Shown: piece after piece, positions 18,635 to 28,274 of the stretch
Numbering within the stretch: the stretch's first letter is position 1
Layout: each line of letters begins with the position of its first letter
Assembly: GCA_041601615.1 (NCBI GenBank)
Contig: JBFIHX010000011.1
Span: 1-64,000, forward strand
Length of the DNA: 64,000 nucleotides
DNA from: Thermoplasmatota archaeon
GTDB lineage: Archaea > Thermoplasmatota > E2 > JACPAO01 > JAHFTW01
Direction of reading: 5' to 3'
Translations under genes and position numbers: made by a program
Notes under the pieces: generated by a model
Seen by the model: only the letters and a program-made list of their open reading frames with translations
Databases searched by the model: none
What the model was told of the DNA's origin: nothing

Positions 18635-19915
18635 TCAGTACGAATCGAGTGTCGTCTTCATCACTTCACGCATGACCACGGTGGCGTACGCCCCTCGGCC
18701 AAGCGCGAATGAAACGACCGGGTCGCCCTCGACCCACTCCACTTGCAAGTCGGAGACGGGCTGGAGGATGCCTCGTCGGCGGCCCTTGCTGGCAAGTTCT
18801 GGCAACTCGCGGCAGCGGAAGGTCTCGGGGTCCATGTCCAGCTCCGCGAGCACCTTTGCTTCGATGGCGCCCGGTTCCCCTTCGGCCATTTCCGTGTTCA
18901 TGCCAATGAGCGGAGCGGTGAGCACGGCACGGTCCCGGTCCAGTTCTTCTTGGATGCGGGCCTGATTCTCGGCCGTCACGAGGTGGGTTCGTGTGCCATC
19001 GTCGTCGCTGGCCATGACGCGGTCGCCGATGTGGGCGGTGCGAAGACCCAGGCCGGCTTCGATGCGAGCGCTCAGGATGAAGTTGAACGCCCAGGATTGG
19101 TGGGCGTGCAAAAAGAGGGTCAGTAGGTTGGCGGGGAGGGCTCGCAGGGCGTAGCGGTAGTCGCCGGGGCTGCGTGCCAAGCGCTGCAAAATGGCTCGCT
19201 CATGGTCCAGTTGCCGGGGGAGCACCGCCAGCGCTGCTTCTGGGTCGCGGGTTTCTTCGTACACTGTGCGGGCAGCGAAGGTTTCGGGCCACTCGCCCTC
19301 AAACGGGCTGCCACAGTACAAGCGCACAGCCTCTTCTAAGTCGCCCACTGCGAGCGCTCGTCCCATGTGGTGCGTAATGGGGCGCACGCCAGCGCCGAAT
19401 CGCTGAGGTCCGAAGTGGTTGGGCACGCCGCCTTCTTTGTGTAGGGTCGCAATCGTTGCTGCCACGGCTTCTTGGTCGCCGTTGTGGCCGCGCACACGCA
19501 AGACGAATCGGTTGCCGTCGTGGGCACCGGGGTGCTGGCGCTGATCAGTTTGGCGCGTTTCGAGGACTTTTACGTCGTCGAGGCGCTCTAGACGCGGCAC
19601 TCGGTCCACGGGGCACTGGAACGTGAACCATTGCTCGGTCACGGCGCGCTTGTCCTTCATGCCGGCAAACGCCACGCGGCCGCGTTGGATGCCAAGTTCG
19701 TTCGCGGCTCGGCCGACGAAACGGTTGGTTTCCCATTGGCGCAACTCCACGCGGGCTGCGGCAAACTTGCCTTTCTCCCACGGGCGCGGGCCGTCGCCTA
19801 GCTCAATAACACGAAAATCTTCGGGCTCTGTGCGCAGCTTGCCGCCGATGCCGGGGCTTTGCGACAGGTAGGCAGACAATCCGATGGCCGCCTCTTCGGG
19901 CGGCGGCAGGACCAT
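18635..19915 (-). CDS. truD: tRNA pseudouridine(13) synthase TruD
   Basis: PEDFRVIE, FAGMKDKRAVTEQW, GNRF, PNHFGPQRFG and GAYATVVMRE motifs. Confidence 0.95.
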   Translation of the reverse strand: MVLPPPEEAAIGLSAYLSQSPGIGGKLRTEPEDFRVIELGDGPRPWEKGKFAAARVELRQWETNRFVGRAANELGIQRGRVAFAGMKDKRAVTEQWFTFQCPVDRVPRLERLDDVKVLETRQTDQRQHPGAHDGNRFVLRVRGHNGDQEAVAATIATLHKEGGVPNHFGPQRFGAGVRPITHHMGRALAVGDLEEAVRLYCGSPFEGEWPETFAARTVYEETRDPEAALAVLPRQLDHERAILQRLARSPGDYRYALRALPANLLTLFLHAHQSWAFNFILSARIEAGLGLRTAHIGDRVMASDDDGTRTHLVTAENQARIQEELDRDRAVLTAPLIGMNTEMAEGEPGAIEAKVLAELDMDPETFRCRELPELASKGRRRGILQPVSDLQVEWVEGDPVVSFALGRGAYATVVMREVMKTTLDSY

Positions 19916-19917
19916 GA

Positions 19918-20199
19918 CTAGGCCTTCTTGAGGGCGGCCACGAAGGCGTCCTCGAAGGCGTCGAAGTCGGCCACGAGGGACTTCAGGGTGCGCTTGAGCA
20001 CGGTGACGGGCTTGGCGCCCTTGGTGCGCAGGAACACCTTCGGCACGGACAGAGTCGGGTGCTCGATGATGTACTCGGCAAAGTCCACGTCCTTGTCTGC
20101 AAGCAGGGCTTGCTTCAGGGGGTTGAGGAGCGTCTCGTTCTCGCCGAGAATCTCCACTTCCAGCTCATTCGCTGTCTGGGTGAGGACGCGCAATTCCAT
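19918..20199 (-). CDS. rpoL: DNA-directed RNA polymerase subunit L (Rpo11)
   Basis: GENETLLNPLK..L..D.DV.FAEY.IEHP signature; 93 aa. Confidence 0.9.
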   Translation of the reverse strand: MELRVLTQTANELEVEILGENETLLNPLKQALLADKDVDFAEYIIEHPTLSVPKVFLRTKGAKPVTVLKRTLKSLVADFDAFEDAFVAALKKA

Positions 20200-20286
20200 G
20201 GACGGCGCGGCGACTGATGGCCCCTTTACAACCTTTTGCCGCTGGCGACGCGGAAGGGCTTTGAACAAACTCATGTCCGAACCTCC

Positions 20287-20535
20287 ATGGAACTCCGATG
20301 GATTCCCGCGCTTCTCCTGCTGGCCGTTACAATTACCCCCAACACGGGCGCCATCCACGACTTATTGCCCTGCGAAGACATACCGGAAACCTGCGATACC
20401 CAGGATTTTCTGATTGATGTCGCCGTGCGCACCTACGAGTACTGCGAGAAGACCGCCGAGAAGGTCGACCGATCCTGTGACGTGAATGGGGTTGTCCACG
20501 CCCACGTGGATGGCAACATTCACATCCACGATTAG
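20287..20535 (+). CDS. Small secreted 4-Cys acidic peptide
   Basis: Signal peptide MELRWIPALLLLAVTITPNTGA; 4 Cys; His-rich C-terminus. Confidence 0.65.
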   Translation: MELRWIPALLLLAVTITPNTGAIHDLLPCEDIPETCDTQDFLIDVAVRTYEYCEKTAEKVDRSCDVNGVVHAHVDGNIHIHD

Positions 20536-20746
20536 GCGACGATTGTTGCGCTAGATATTCACCCTCGTCCCTTTTTTCCTTTGCTAATTTCTCGGGTTGA
20601 AACTTTTATTCACGCCCCGAAAATGGAGTCGTGGGCTAAAAGCCAGCGACAAGAGTTTCCAAGTTGTCGATTATGGGCAATGATGTTGCAATGATGAGTT
20701 GACTGTCGGGGCAAAAGTATTCATATGCAGTAGCAGGGGTCCAAGT

Positions 20747-22096
20747 GTGCTTCGTTGGCATGTCCTCGTCGCGCTCCTACTGGTCTGTACCCCACTTGGT
20801 TTGGCCCGTGAGTCCGATTCAATTATCCAAGGCATGGTGCTGGATCAGTTCCTTGATCTAGACATGCAAAATATGGTTTTCGACCTAACTTGTAAGTCGG
20901 GATCGGAAGACATAGAGAGCGAACTGACGCTAGATTTGACACTTGATAAACTTATTTTCAACGAAGGATCGCTTTTTCCCAATGAAATGATGCAAACAGA
21001 TGGCTCGACTCGGGCCACTTGTGGCCGGGCCATCATGTCGGTAACAGCTCCTGGCTCGCTCGACCACGTGCATGTGCGATTCTGGGCGGATCGCACCATC
21101 ACCCAAACCGCAAACATTAGTCCGCATGCATTGCAGCAATTTTCACTGGTTCCATTCGGCGGCAACAGCACGACCATCGACTACTTCCCATGGGATGCCG
21201 GCACACGTACCTTGCAACGGTTTGCCCAGCTGGGCGCTGAAAACCAAACCCTGTTCCCGGTTGCGCCTGGAACTACGGAGTTGGATCTCATTTGGCGCTT
21301 TGAGGACACGGGCCAAAGTGTCATCAACAACATCTCGTCGCCCCTGAGTGGCCAAGATTTCGAGGCCAGCATCACCGATCCCTGGATCGAATTCTCGCTA
21401 CTGCCAGAGCCCGTGCATAGAGTGGTCGAGGATCACGAACGAGATGGCAGCCGTCGCTTCGACCGACACATCGCCATCGTGGACTACAACGACACCATGA
21501 TGGACCCCTACCGGACCAATGTGCGCGTTATGGCAGACGAGTCTGTCATTTTCAGCCACATCGTAGCCCCCGACGGCACCCGCATCACGGACACGGGTGT
21601 GTTGCCCCAGGACTCGGAGTACAGCCACAACTTGCCGTATGTGCTTTTGGAGCGCAACAGCCAGGCCGGATTGGTCCAGATTACGCTTCCAAGCAGCATC
21701 GCTCGCGCCCACGGGCCGGGGGAATTCCAGTTCGTATTTGTCAAAACCACGTTCCTGGATGCAGAGCCAAGCCTCCTCGCCATCAACGGAGCGATTGCTA
21801 TGATCCCGTTGCTGTTTGCTGTCGTGGCGTTTCGACGCGTGGAACAATTCCGGCGCGAGGCGTTTGGCGCCTACAAGCGAAGCGCTCGCAACCTCTTGGT
21901 TACCCTGGGCCTCGTGGTGACGTACTACATCGCCGTCATCGCTGGCGCGATCGTCGCGGGTTGGTTCCGGCTCCTGTCGGTCTTGCCGCTTGGGACGGAG
22001 GCTTTGCTTCTCTATCTCCAAGTGGCGCTGGCCATTCTAGCGTTCCTGTGGCTGTGGTTTACGGCGCGTGAAATGTACGCCATTACGAAGCCGTAG
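20747..22096 (+). CDS. Secreted protein with C-terminal 3-TM FRREAFG domain
   Basis: Signal peptide, about 330-aa extracellular region, three C-terminal TM helices; homologous to 46934-47326. Confidence 0.75.
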   Translation: MLRWHVLVALLLVCTPLGLARESDSIIQGMVLDQFLDLDMQNMVFDLTCKSGSEDIESELTLDLTLDKLIFNEGSLFPNEMMQTDGSTRATCGRAIMSVTAPGSLDHVHVRFWADRTITQTANISPHALQQFSLVPFGGNSTTIDYFPWDAGTRTLQRFAQLGAENQTLFPVAPGTTELDLIWRFEDTGQSVINNISSPLSGQDFEASITDPWIEFSLLPEPVHRVVEDHERDGSRRFDRHIAIVDYNDTMMDPYRTNVRVMADESVIFSHIVAPDGTRITDTGVLPQDSEYSHNLPYVLLERNSQAGLVQITLPSSIARAHGPGEFQFVFVKTTFLDAEPSLLAINGAIAMIPLLFAVVAFRRVEQFRREAFGAYKRSARNLLVTLGLVVTYYIAVIAGAIVAGWFRLLSVLPLGTEALLLYLQVALAILAFLWLWFTAREMYAITKP

Positions 22097-22208
22097 GCCA
22101 ACCAGCGTTCGCGCTGCGTTTGGATCGCAGCAGTTCCATGCGCGTGGCTAGACCGACCTTAGCTGCGCTCATTACGAGCAGATGGCGCTGTTGGCAAGCA
22201 GTCCCGTG

Positions 22209-23858
22209 CTATGCGCCGAATTTGCCAGCGAGCCGCGAGCCTTCAGGCCAGCCACCGGATTCGGCTTCGACCTCGATGCCGGGTCGGATGGCGTCCGTGG
22301 GACATGCGTCGAAGCAAGCGCCATCGGCGATGCAAAGGTCGCGGTCCACGCGGGCCATGTCGGTAACGATGGCAGCAGCAGTGGGACAAGCGGCCTCACA
22401 GCCGTTGCATACAATGCAGTCGGCGGCGAGCACCCAGGCCTTCTTTTCCTCGGGAACGTTGGCTTTGACCCAGGCCTTGACAGCCTCGGCGTCGTCCATG
22501 TTGCCAGTGTACTCAGCGCTGGCAGCGACTGGCTCCGGTTCTGCAGCCGGTGCAGCGACGGGGGCGGCCTCGGCGGGCTTTTCGACTTGCACCGTGGCTC
22601 CGTTGGAGGTTTCCTTGGCAGGCGCGGCGGTGGCGGCAGCAGGGGCAATATCCACTTTGGGCGCAGCTGGGGCGGGAGCGGGTGCAGCCTTGGCCACATC
22701 GTCGGCGGTCGCCTTGCCTGCCTTCACTGCGCGCTCGGCGGCTGCTTGGCGGTCTGCGTCGAGGGTGTCCTTGACGGGTACGAGCCACTTCTTGCTTGAC
22801 AGGTCGCGGCTCTTGGCTTCCGCAATCAGCGCTTCCACGTGGCTGCGCCAGTCGCCAACCAAGGCAAGGTCGGCGTATTGGAAGATTTGCGCGTCCGGGT
22901 TGGTGTTGATGGCCAGCACCGTACCGGATTCCTTCATGCCCTCGATGTGCTGGATGGCGCCACTGATGCCGACGGCGATGTAGAACTTGGGTCGCACGGA
23001 CAAGCCGGTTTGGCCGACTTGTTGGCCGCGGGGCACCCAGCCCTTATCGCACACGGGGCGCGTGGCGGCGAGTTTGCCGCCCAAGGCGTCCGCGAGTTCC
23101 TGGCACTTGGCGACACTCTCAGGGCCGCCGATGCCGAGGCCCACAGCCACAAGCACATCGGCCTTGGTGATGTCCACTTTGGACTCATCCACGATGTAGT
23201 CGAGAACCTCAGCCGCAAAGGACTGGCCATTCAGGAAGGATACGTCGTATTCCTCCACGGGACCGGAGCGAGCAGCATCCGATTCCAGGGGAATGAAGAT
23301 GCCGGGGCGCGCCGTGGCCATTTGGGGCCGGTGGCGGTCGCAGCGGATTGTTGCAAGCATTTTGCCGCCAAATGCAGGCCGGCGGGCTAGAAGTTCGCCG
23401 TTGTGGGCGTCCACGTCCAGTTCCGTGCAGTCAGCAGTCATGCCGGCATCGATCTTGACGGCCACACGGCTGCTTACATCGCGGCCGGTGTGGGTGGCGC
23501 CAATCAGAACGATTTCGGGCTTGCGCTCCTTGACCATTTGCACCAATACGTCGGTGCTGGGGCGGGCCAAGGGCGTTTTGAGAATGGGATTGCGCGCAAC
23601 GATGACGTTGTCGGCGCCTTGGGCGATGAGCTGGGCCGGCATGTCGCCGGGTTCGTCGCAAAGAAGGACGGCGGTCACTTCGCAGCCCAGTTTGGCGGCC
23701 ATGGGGCGCGCCGCACCCAGCAGCTCGAGGGTGACATCCTGGACCTTGCCCTGGCGCTGCTCGACGATGACCCAGACGCCCTTGTAGGCATCAAGGTCAG
23801 CGGTGATCGCGGGTCGAAGTTCGATGGTGTCGTAGCGGCTCTTGGTTCCAAACGCCAT
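22209..23858 (-). CDS. etfA: Electron transfer flavoprotein alpha (FixB/EtfA) fused to a C-terminal ferredoxin
   Basis: RPAFGG, QVGQTG and GISGAIQHIEGM motifs; Ala/Pro linker; CIVCNGCEAACP and CIADGACFDACP. Confidence 0.92.
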   Translation of the reverse strand: MAFGTKSRYDTIELRPAITADLDAYKGVWVIVEQRQGKVQDVTLELLGAARPMAAKLGCEVTAVLLCDEPGDMPAQLIAQGADNVIVARNPILKTPLARPSTDVLVQMVKERKPEIVLIGATHTGRDVSSRVAVKIDAGMTADCTELDVDAHNGELLARRPAFGGKMLATIRCDRHRPQMATARPGIFIPLESDAARSGPVEEYDVSFLNGQSFAAEVLDYIVDESKVDITKADVLVAVGLGIGGPESVAKCQELADALGGKLAATRPVCDKGWVPRGQQVGQTGLSVRPKFYIAVGISGAIQHIEGMKESGTVLAINTNPDAQIFQYADLALVGDWRSHVEALIAEAKSRDLSSKKWLVPVKDTLDADRQAAAERAVKAGKATADDVAKAAPAPAPAAPKVDIAPAAATAAPAKETSNGATVQVEKPAEAAPVAAPAAEPEPVAASAEYTGNMDDAEAVKAWVKANVPEEKKAWVLAADCIVCNGCEAACPTAAAIVTDMARVDRDLCIADGACFDACPTDAIRPGIEVEAESGGWPEGSRLAGKFGA

Positions 23859-23859
23859 G

Positions 23860-24702
23860 CTAGGCACCTCCCATGACGACCTTGCGGGCAAACAATTCGC
23901 CCACCGCGTCAGTAGCCGAGGCGACGGTCTTGCAGTCGCGCTCGTCGCCGCTGCTGATGTCGACCTTTCCGACGATGGTTGGGGAGCCCTTGAGGCCCAC
24001 CCAGTCGGGGGCACCGATATCGGTCAAGTCCGAGAGGCTCCAAATGACGAGGTCCGATTCGATGCCGCGAAGCTTGCCGTTGAGCGAAGCCAGGCGAGGG
24101 ATGTTGATGCCGAGCTCGCACGTAACGCAGGCCGGTAGGGGAAGTTGCAGGACCTCGTGCCCGCCGCCGATGCTGCGCAGCGCCCTGCAAAGACCGGTTT
24201 CGGGGTCGTAGTCGAGGCTGTGGATGTAGGTGGCCTGGTCCGTGTCCAGGTGGCCAGCAACGCCGGGGCCTACTTGGCCGGTGCTCGCGTCGGTGGTCTC
24301 TTCACCGAACAGAATCAAGTCCACGTCTCCGAATTCGCGGCTGATGCGCTTCATGCCCGCAGCCAGCGTCAGGCTGGTGGGGTAGGTATCCGCGCCAGCA
24401 AAGGCACGGTCCGTGATCAGAACGCCACGGTCGGCGCCGCGCGCGACGGTCTCGCGCAGCATGACGTCGAAGAACGGCGGTCCCATGGTGACAACCGTCA
24501 CCTGCGCACCGAAGCGATCCTTCAGGCTTAGGGCAAGCTCGAAGGCGTTCTCGTCGGGCGGGTTGATGATGTTCTTGACCTTGCTGCGATCCAGGGTCTT
24601 CTTGACCGGGTCGATGGTCAGATCCGTGGCGTCCGGCGTCATCTTCATGCACACGGCGACGTGGATGGGACGACCCAGGTTCTTGTCGTTGACAACCGGC
24701 AT
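23860..24702 (-). CDS. etfB: Electron transfer flavoprotein beta (FixA/EtfB)
   Basis: INPPDENAFE, DRAFAGADT, TGQVGP and GLKGSPT motifs; GGAGGT SD upstream. Confidence 0.92.
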   Translation of the reverse strand: MPVVNDKNLGRPIHVAVCMKMTPDATDLTIDPVKKTLDRSKVKNIINPPDENAFELALSLKDRFGAQVTVVTMGPPFFDVMLRETVARGADRGVLITDRAFAGADTYPTSLTLAAGMKRISREFGDVDLILFGEETTDASTGQVGPGVAGHLDTDQATYIHSLDYDPETGLCRALRSIGGGHEVLQLPLPACVTCELGINIPRLASLNGKLRGIESDLVIWSLSDLTDIGAPDWVGLKGSPTIVGKVDISSGDERDCKTVASATDAVGELFARKVVMGGA

Positions 24703-24778
24703 AAGGAAACCTCCACCCAAGGGCGGCGTGGCGCGCGACTTGGAGGGGCCATTTAACTGGTGTGGGGTGGGCGAAGGG

Positions 24779-25192
24779 TCAGGCGTGGTCGATGACTTCG
24801 ACAAGTCCCTGGAATCCTGCATCGAATGTGGCAACTTTGGCGCCGAGGCGGCGGGCGTGTACCAACACCGTCGCGTCCGTCATGGACAAGCCTTGGTCCC
24901 AGTATTGAATGTGCAATTCGGCAGCTTCTGCAAGGATTTCTCCCGAGTCTTGCAAGCGAGTCACGCCTCCCGTGCCCGTTTGCAGCAAGTCCAGGCATTG
25001 CCGGGTGATGTCTTTGCGTGCGACCCGGGCCCGCAACAGGTTGAGAACCTCCACGAACACGGCATCCGGGACGACGATGCGTCCATATTTTCCGTACAGT
25101 GCCTCCCGCATCAGAGCAGCCGCGCGGGTGTGCAGTGAATCGGTGCGAGCAACGTATGCCGCAAGCGGCCCCGTATCCATGACGAGCGTCAT
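24779..25192 (-). CDS. vapC: PIN-domain toxin (VapC)
   Basis: VMDTG, E, SMTDA and ATFD acidic PIN residues; TAATG overlap with the antitoxin gene. Confidence 0.88.
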   Translation of the reverse strand: MTLVMDTGPLAAYVARTDSLHTRAAALMREALYGKYGRIVVPDAVFVEVLNLLRARVARKDITRQCLDLLQTGTGGVTRLQDSGEILAEAAELHIQYWDQGLSMTDATVLVHARRLGAKVATFDAGFQGLVEVIDHA

Positions 25193-25458
25193 TAGACGGG
25201 CCCGTACAACGTGTCGTCGATGTTGGAAGACAAATCGCCGTAGTCGCCCTGTACTTTTTCCCACGCATCGATTGCGGCTTGCCCTGGCGGCGTCCATAGG
25301 CTGTCGAGCAAATGGCCCACATCCTGTTCACCGTGGCGAATGAGGAGCCCCAAGAGTGCCTGTTGTGGGAGGTCTTCGCCCGTGAGTTCCTTCCATTGGA
25401 GTTGGAGGTGCCGCAGGCGGTCGCGGTCACCCTCCTCGATGCGGACGGTCGTGCTCAT
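25192..25458 (-). CDS. Putative antitoxin (VapB-like)
   Basis: 88 aa with an N-terminal TTVRI beta strand plus helices; ends SSNIDDTLYG; coupled upstream of the PIN gene. Confidence 0.78.
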   Translation of the reverse strand: MSTTVRIEEGDRDRLRHLQLQWKELTGEDLPQQALLGLLIRHGEQDVGHLLDSLWTPPGQAAIDAWEKVQGDYGDLSSNIDDTLYGPV

Positions 25459-25459
25459 G

Positions 25460-25475
25460 GGTCTACATGTAGACC
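25460..25475. promoter_or_regulatory. Perfect 16-bp palindrome GGTCTACATGTAGACC, likely TA operator
   Basis: Lies between the TTCAAG TATA-like box and the antitoxin ATG. Confidence 0.7.
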
Positions 25476-25500
25476 GGATGGACTTGAACCTTTGCGCCGA

Positions 25501-25791
25501 CTAGCCGTATCGGTAGTTGACCCCAAAGTTCCCACGCGGATTGTCCCACTTCACGGAACCCGGCGTACACACGATGTCACAGGTCCCACACTCGACGCAG
25601 TCTTCGTAGGTGAACTTCATGCGGCCTTCGATGTTCTCGAAGCACTGCGCGGGACACGCATTCATGCAGTTCTCGTGCGGGCAGGTGGTGCAGATCTCCG
25701 GGTCGATGGAGATGTGCGCGTGCTCTTCGGCGTCGGTGATGAATTTGCTGGACCCGAGGCGGGCCTTGATGTCGACCTTGCTTGCGATCAT
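25501..25791 (-). CDS. fixX: Ferredoxin-like protein FixX
   Basis: CTTC...C...CPAQCF, CVECGTC...C and PRGNFGVNYRYG motifs. Confidence 0.9.
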   Translation of the reverse strand: MIASKVDIKARLGSSKFITDAEEHAHISIDPEICTTCPHENCMNACPAQCFENIEGRMKFTYEDCVECGTCDIVCTPGSVKWDNPRGNFGVNYRYG

Positions 25792-27098
25792 AGGTTCGCC
25801 CCCGCGTTGAGTGCGTCGGCCATGAGTTCGCGCTTGGTGACCCCGCTCGTGGCCATGGCGTCCATGAGGTGGTTCTTCATCTTCTTCTTCGGACCGTCCG
25901 AGGTGAGGATGTTGCGGAACATGGCGCTCATGAAGTCTGGGTACTTCGAGAAGAGGCGCGGGTTCCAGAGGAATTTGCCGACGTTCTTGAAGCGCTTGAA
26001 GTCGCCCATGAGTCCGGATTTCTCCAGGAGGCGCTCGTAATGGTGGAGGGTGACGCGGCTGAAGTCGCCCTTGCCGAGTGCGTGTTCGACGGCGTCAGCG
26101 GCGTGGATTCCACTGCGTACGGCGTAGTTCATGCCTTGGATGACGATGCCGTTGCTAAAGCAGAAGCCGGCTGCGTCGCCGACCACGATGACGCCGTCGC
26201 TGTAGAGTTCCGAGAACGCTTGGTAGCCGCCTTCGGGCACGAGGTGCGCGCCGTACTCGACGAGTTCCGCGTCCTTGGTGAGCTTCTGGATGTAGGGGTG
26301 GAGGCGGAATTCCTCCATGATGTCGTGGGTGCTGAGCCGGTTGCCCTTTTCTTGGGGCAGGCTCGGTAGGTTGACCACGACGCCGAGGCTGATGGTGTCC
26401 TTGTTGGTGTACAGGAAGCCACCGGCCATGACGCCGTCTTTGCGGCCGAGTACGAATTCGCCGGCCATGCCGCCGTCGTCGCCGACGAGGAAGCGGTCTT
26501 CGAGGACATCCTTGGGGAGCTTCAGCACTTCCTTGACTCCCAGGGCGTAGTGGTGTGCATCCAGTTTCTTTTGGCCGTGGCGTAGGTCGCCCGAGAGACT
26601 GAGGCGGCTGTTTGCGCCGTCGGCGATGATGACCACGTCCGCCGTGGTGACTTCGCCGTTGGTGACGACGCCGCGCACCTTGCCGTTTTCCTTGTAGAGG
26701 TCTTCCACGAGGACGCCCGTGACGACGGTGACGCCGGCCTCGACGCACTTTTTCAGGAGGTATGCGTCGGTCTTGGCGCGAAGCACCGCGTAGCCGACGG
26801 TGTCGGTCTTCATGCTCTCGTCGTGGTAGTCGATGACGAAGGCAGATTCGGCGCCTAGGAATCCAACCTTTTTGTTGGAAACGGGCCGCTCGACGGGCAT
26901 TTCGGTCTTCCAGTCGGGCAGGAGCTCGGCCCAGTCGTCACCCCAGAGGATGCCACCGGACAGGTTCTTGGCGCCGCCTTCGTCGGCGCGCTCGACGAGC
27001 AATACGTCGATGCCTTTCTGGCGCAAGCGCAGGGCTGCCGCACAGCCGGCCATACCGGCGCCTACGACGATGCACGGGAAACGGGACTGGGTCACCAC
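25788..27098 (-). CDS. fixC: ETF-quinone oxidoreductase FixC
   Basis: VVGAGMAG, GAKNLSGG, GGFLYTNKDTISLG, EYGAHLVPEGG and VGDAAG motifs. Confidence 0.92.
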   Translation of the reverse strand: MVTQSRFPCIVVGAGMAGCAAALRLRQKGIDVLLVERADEGGAKNLSGGILWGDDWAELLPDWKTEMPVERPVSNKKVGFLGAESAFVIDYHDESMKTDTVGYAVLRAKTDAYLLKKCVEAGVTVVTGVLVEDLYKENGKVRGVVTNGEVTTADVVIIADGANSRLSLSGDLRHGQKKLDAHHYALGVKEVLKLPKDVLEDRFLVGDDGGMAGEFVLGRKDGVMAGGFLYTNKDTISLGVVVNLPSLPQEKGNRLSTHDIMEEFRLHPYIQKLTKDAELVEYGAHLVPEGGYQAFSELYSDGVIVVGDAAGFCFSNGIVIQGMNYAVRSGIHAADAVEHALGKGDFSRVTLHHYERLLEKSGLMGDFKRFKNVGKFLWNPRLFSKYPDFMSAMFRNILTSDGPKKKMKNHLMDAMATSGVTKRELMADALNAGANL

Positions 27099-27217
27099 AG
27101 AGCCTCGGGCGCCGCGAGAAGGGGGTCTGATATAGGGGTGACGGGAGGCTGCGACGGCGGCCGGCGCATCAACAAGGAGGGAGTAAGAAGAAAGGGGGGA
27201 GGATTTGTTTGTGGTGG

Positions 27218-27964
27218 CTATTCTTCTTCGCCGTGTTCGTGACCTTCGTGGTCATGCTCGTGGTCGTGTCCCGCGTGGGCTCCGGGCACTTCGCCGGGGT
27301 AGTTTTCGATGATGCGGATGGTTTTCTCGAATCCGGCCACGGCGCGAAGGTCGGTGAGGACGCGGAATTTGTGCATGGGCCATTGCTGGTCGAATTTGGC
27401 CTGGTCGGGGATTTCGAGGTCGACGGTTTCGCCGAGTTTGAGTTTGTAGCCGCCGAAGGGGAAGAGTCCTTCGAGGACGGCGTTGATTTTCTCTTCGGTG
27501 TCGGTGATGACGGAGTCGAGCGTGATTTCGTAGCGCAGGGCCTTGCCGGCCAAATCGTGGTTCATGTCGACGCGTACACGGCCGCCGGCGACACGGGTGA
27601 TGATGCCGCGCTGGCCGCCCATGTTCAGTTCGAGGCCGACTTGGGGCTGCATTTTCTGCTTGCGAAACTGGGCCATGGGGACGTCTTTGACCTTGGCTGC
27701 GTCGCGCTCGCCGTAGGCTTCGGCGGCGGGGATGGTGACGGTCTGCGTGCCTTTTTTGTCGCCGCTTTCCAGGAGGAATTTCTCCAGGCCGGAGATGACT
27801 TGTTTGCGGCCAAGGGTGATGGTGAGGGGGCGGTAGTTCTTCTCCTCGTGGAAGATTTTGTTCGCCTTGGCCGTCTCCTCGATGCTGGTGTCGAGCGGTT
27901 TCTTTTCGCCGTCGATGAAGAGGGTGTAGTCGAAACGCAGTACGTCTCCTTCCTGGAGGCTCAT
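27218..27964 (-). CDS. slyD: FKBP-type peptidyl-prolyl isomerase (long archaeal SlyD type) with His-rich tail
   Basis: AYGERD and RVRVDMNHDLAGK motifs; C-terminal HAGHDHEHDHEGHEH. Confidence 0.9.
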   Translation of the reverse strand: MSLQEGDVLRFDYTLFIDGEKKPLDTSIEETAKANKIFHEEKNYRPLTITLGRKQVISGLEKFLLESGDKKGTQTVTIPAAEAYGERDAAKVKDVPMAQFRKQKMQPQVGLELNMGGQRGIITRVAGGRVRVDMNHDLAGKALRYEITLDSVITDTEEKINAVLEGLFPFGGYKLKLGETVDLEIPDQAKFDQQWPMHKFRVLTDLRAVAGFEKTIRIIENYPGEVPGAHAGHDHEHDHEGHEHGEEE

Positions 27965-28274
27965 GGGCGCGCCGAGTCGGCGGGACGGAAAAGGATTGCT
28001 TCGAGGGCGCAGCGTGGGTCCGTCAGCGGCGGAATCGGTCTTCGAAGGCGTGGCGCCAGTACCGGATGGTGGCCGAGACTTTCTGGGCGGGCTTGAGGTG
28101 GGGAAGGACGTCGTATTCGAAGGAACCCTCGGCGCGTCCGGGCCCCTTGGTGAAGGGAATCGTGGATTCACCTACTTTGGGGCCGTGTGTTTCATCAAAG
28201 ACGTCCACAAAGGGCCTTCGACTCCGCTGCTTTTACCATTTCTCGTCAATTCGGGCCGATTGGGCCAGGAATCA

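Noticed and set aside
20287-20535. Membership of this peptide, and of 32535-33020, in the upstream-box regulon
   Set aside because: No match to the box is present at the expected distance.
28023-28239. 61-aa ORF with an out-of-frame upstream ATG (possible frameshifted gene)
   Set aside because: There is no recognisable motif; a remnant cannot be distinguished from chance without a homology search.
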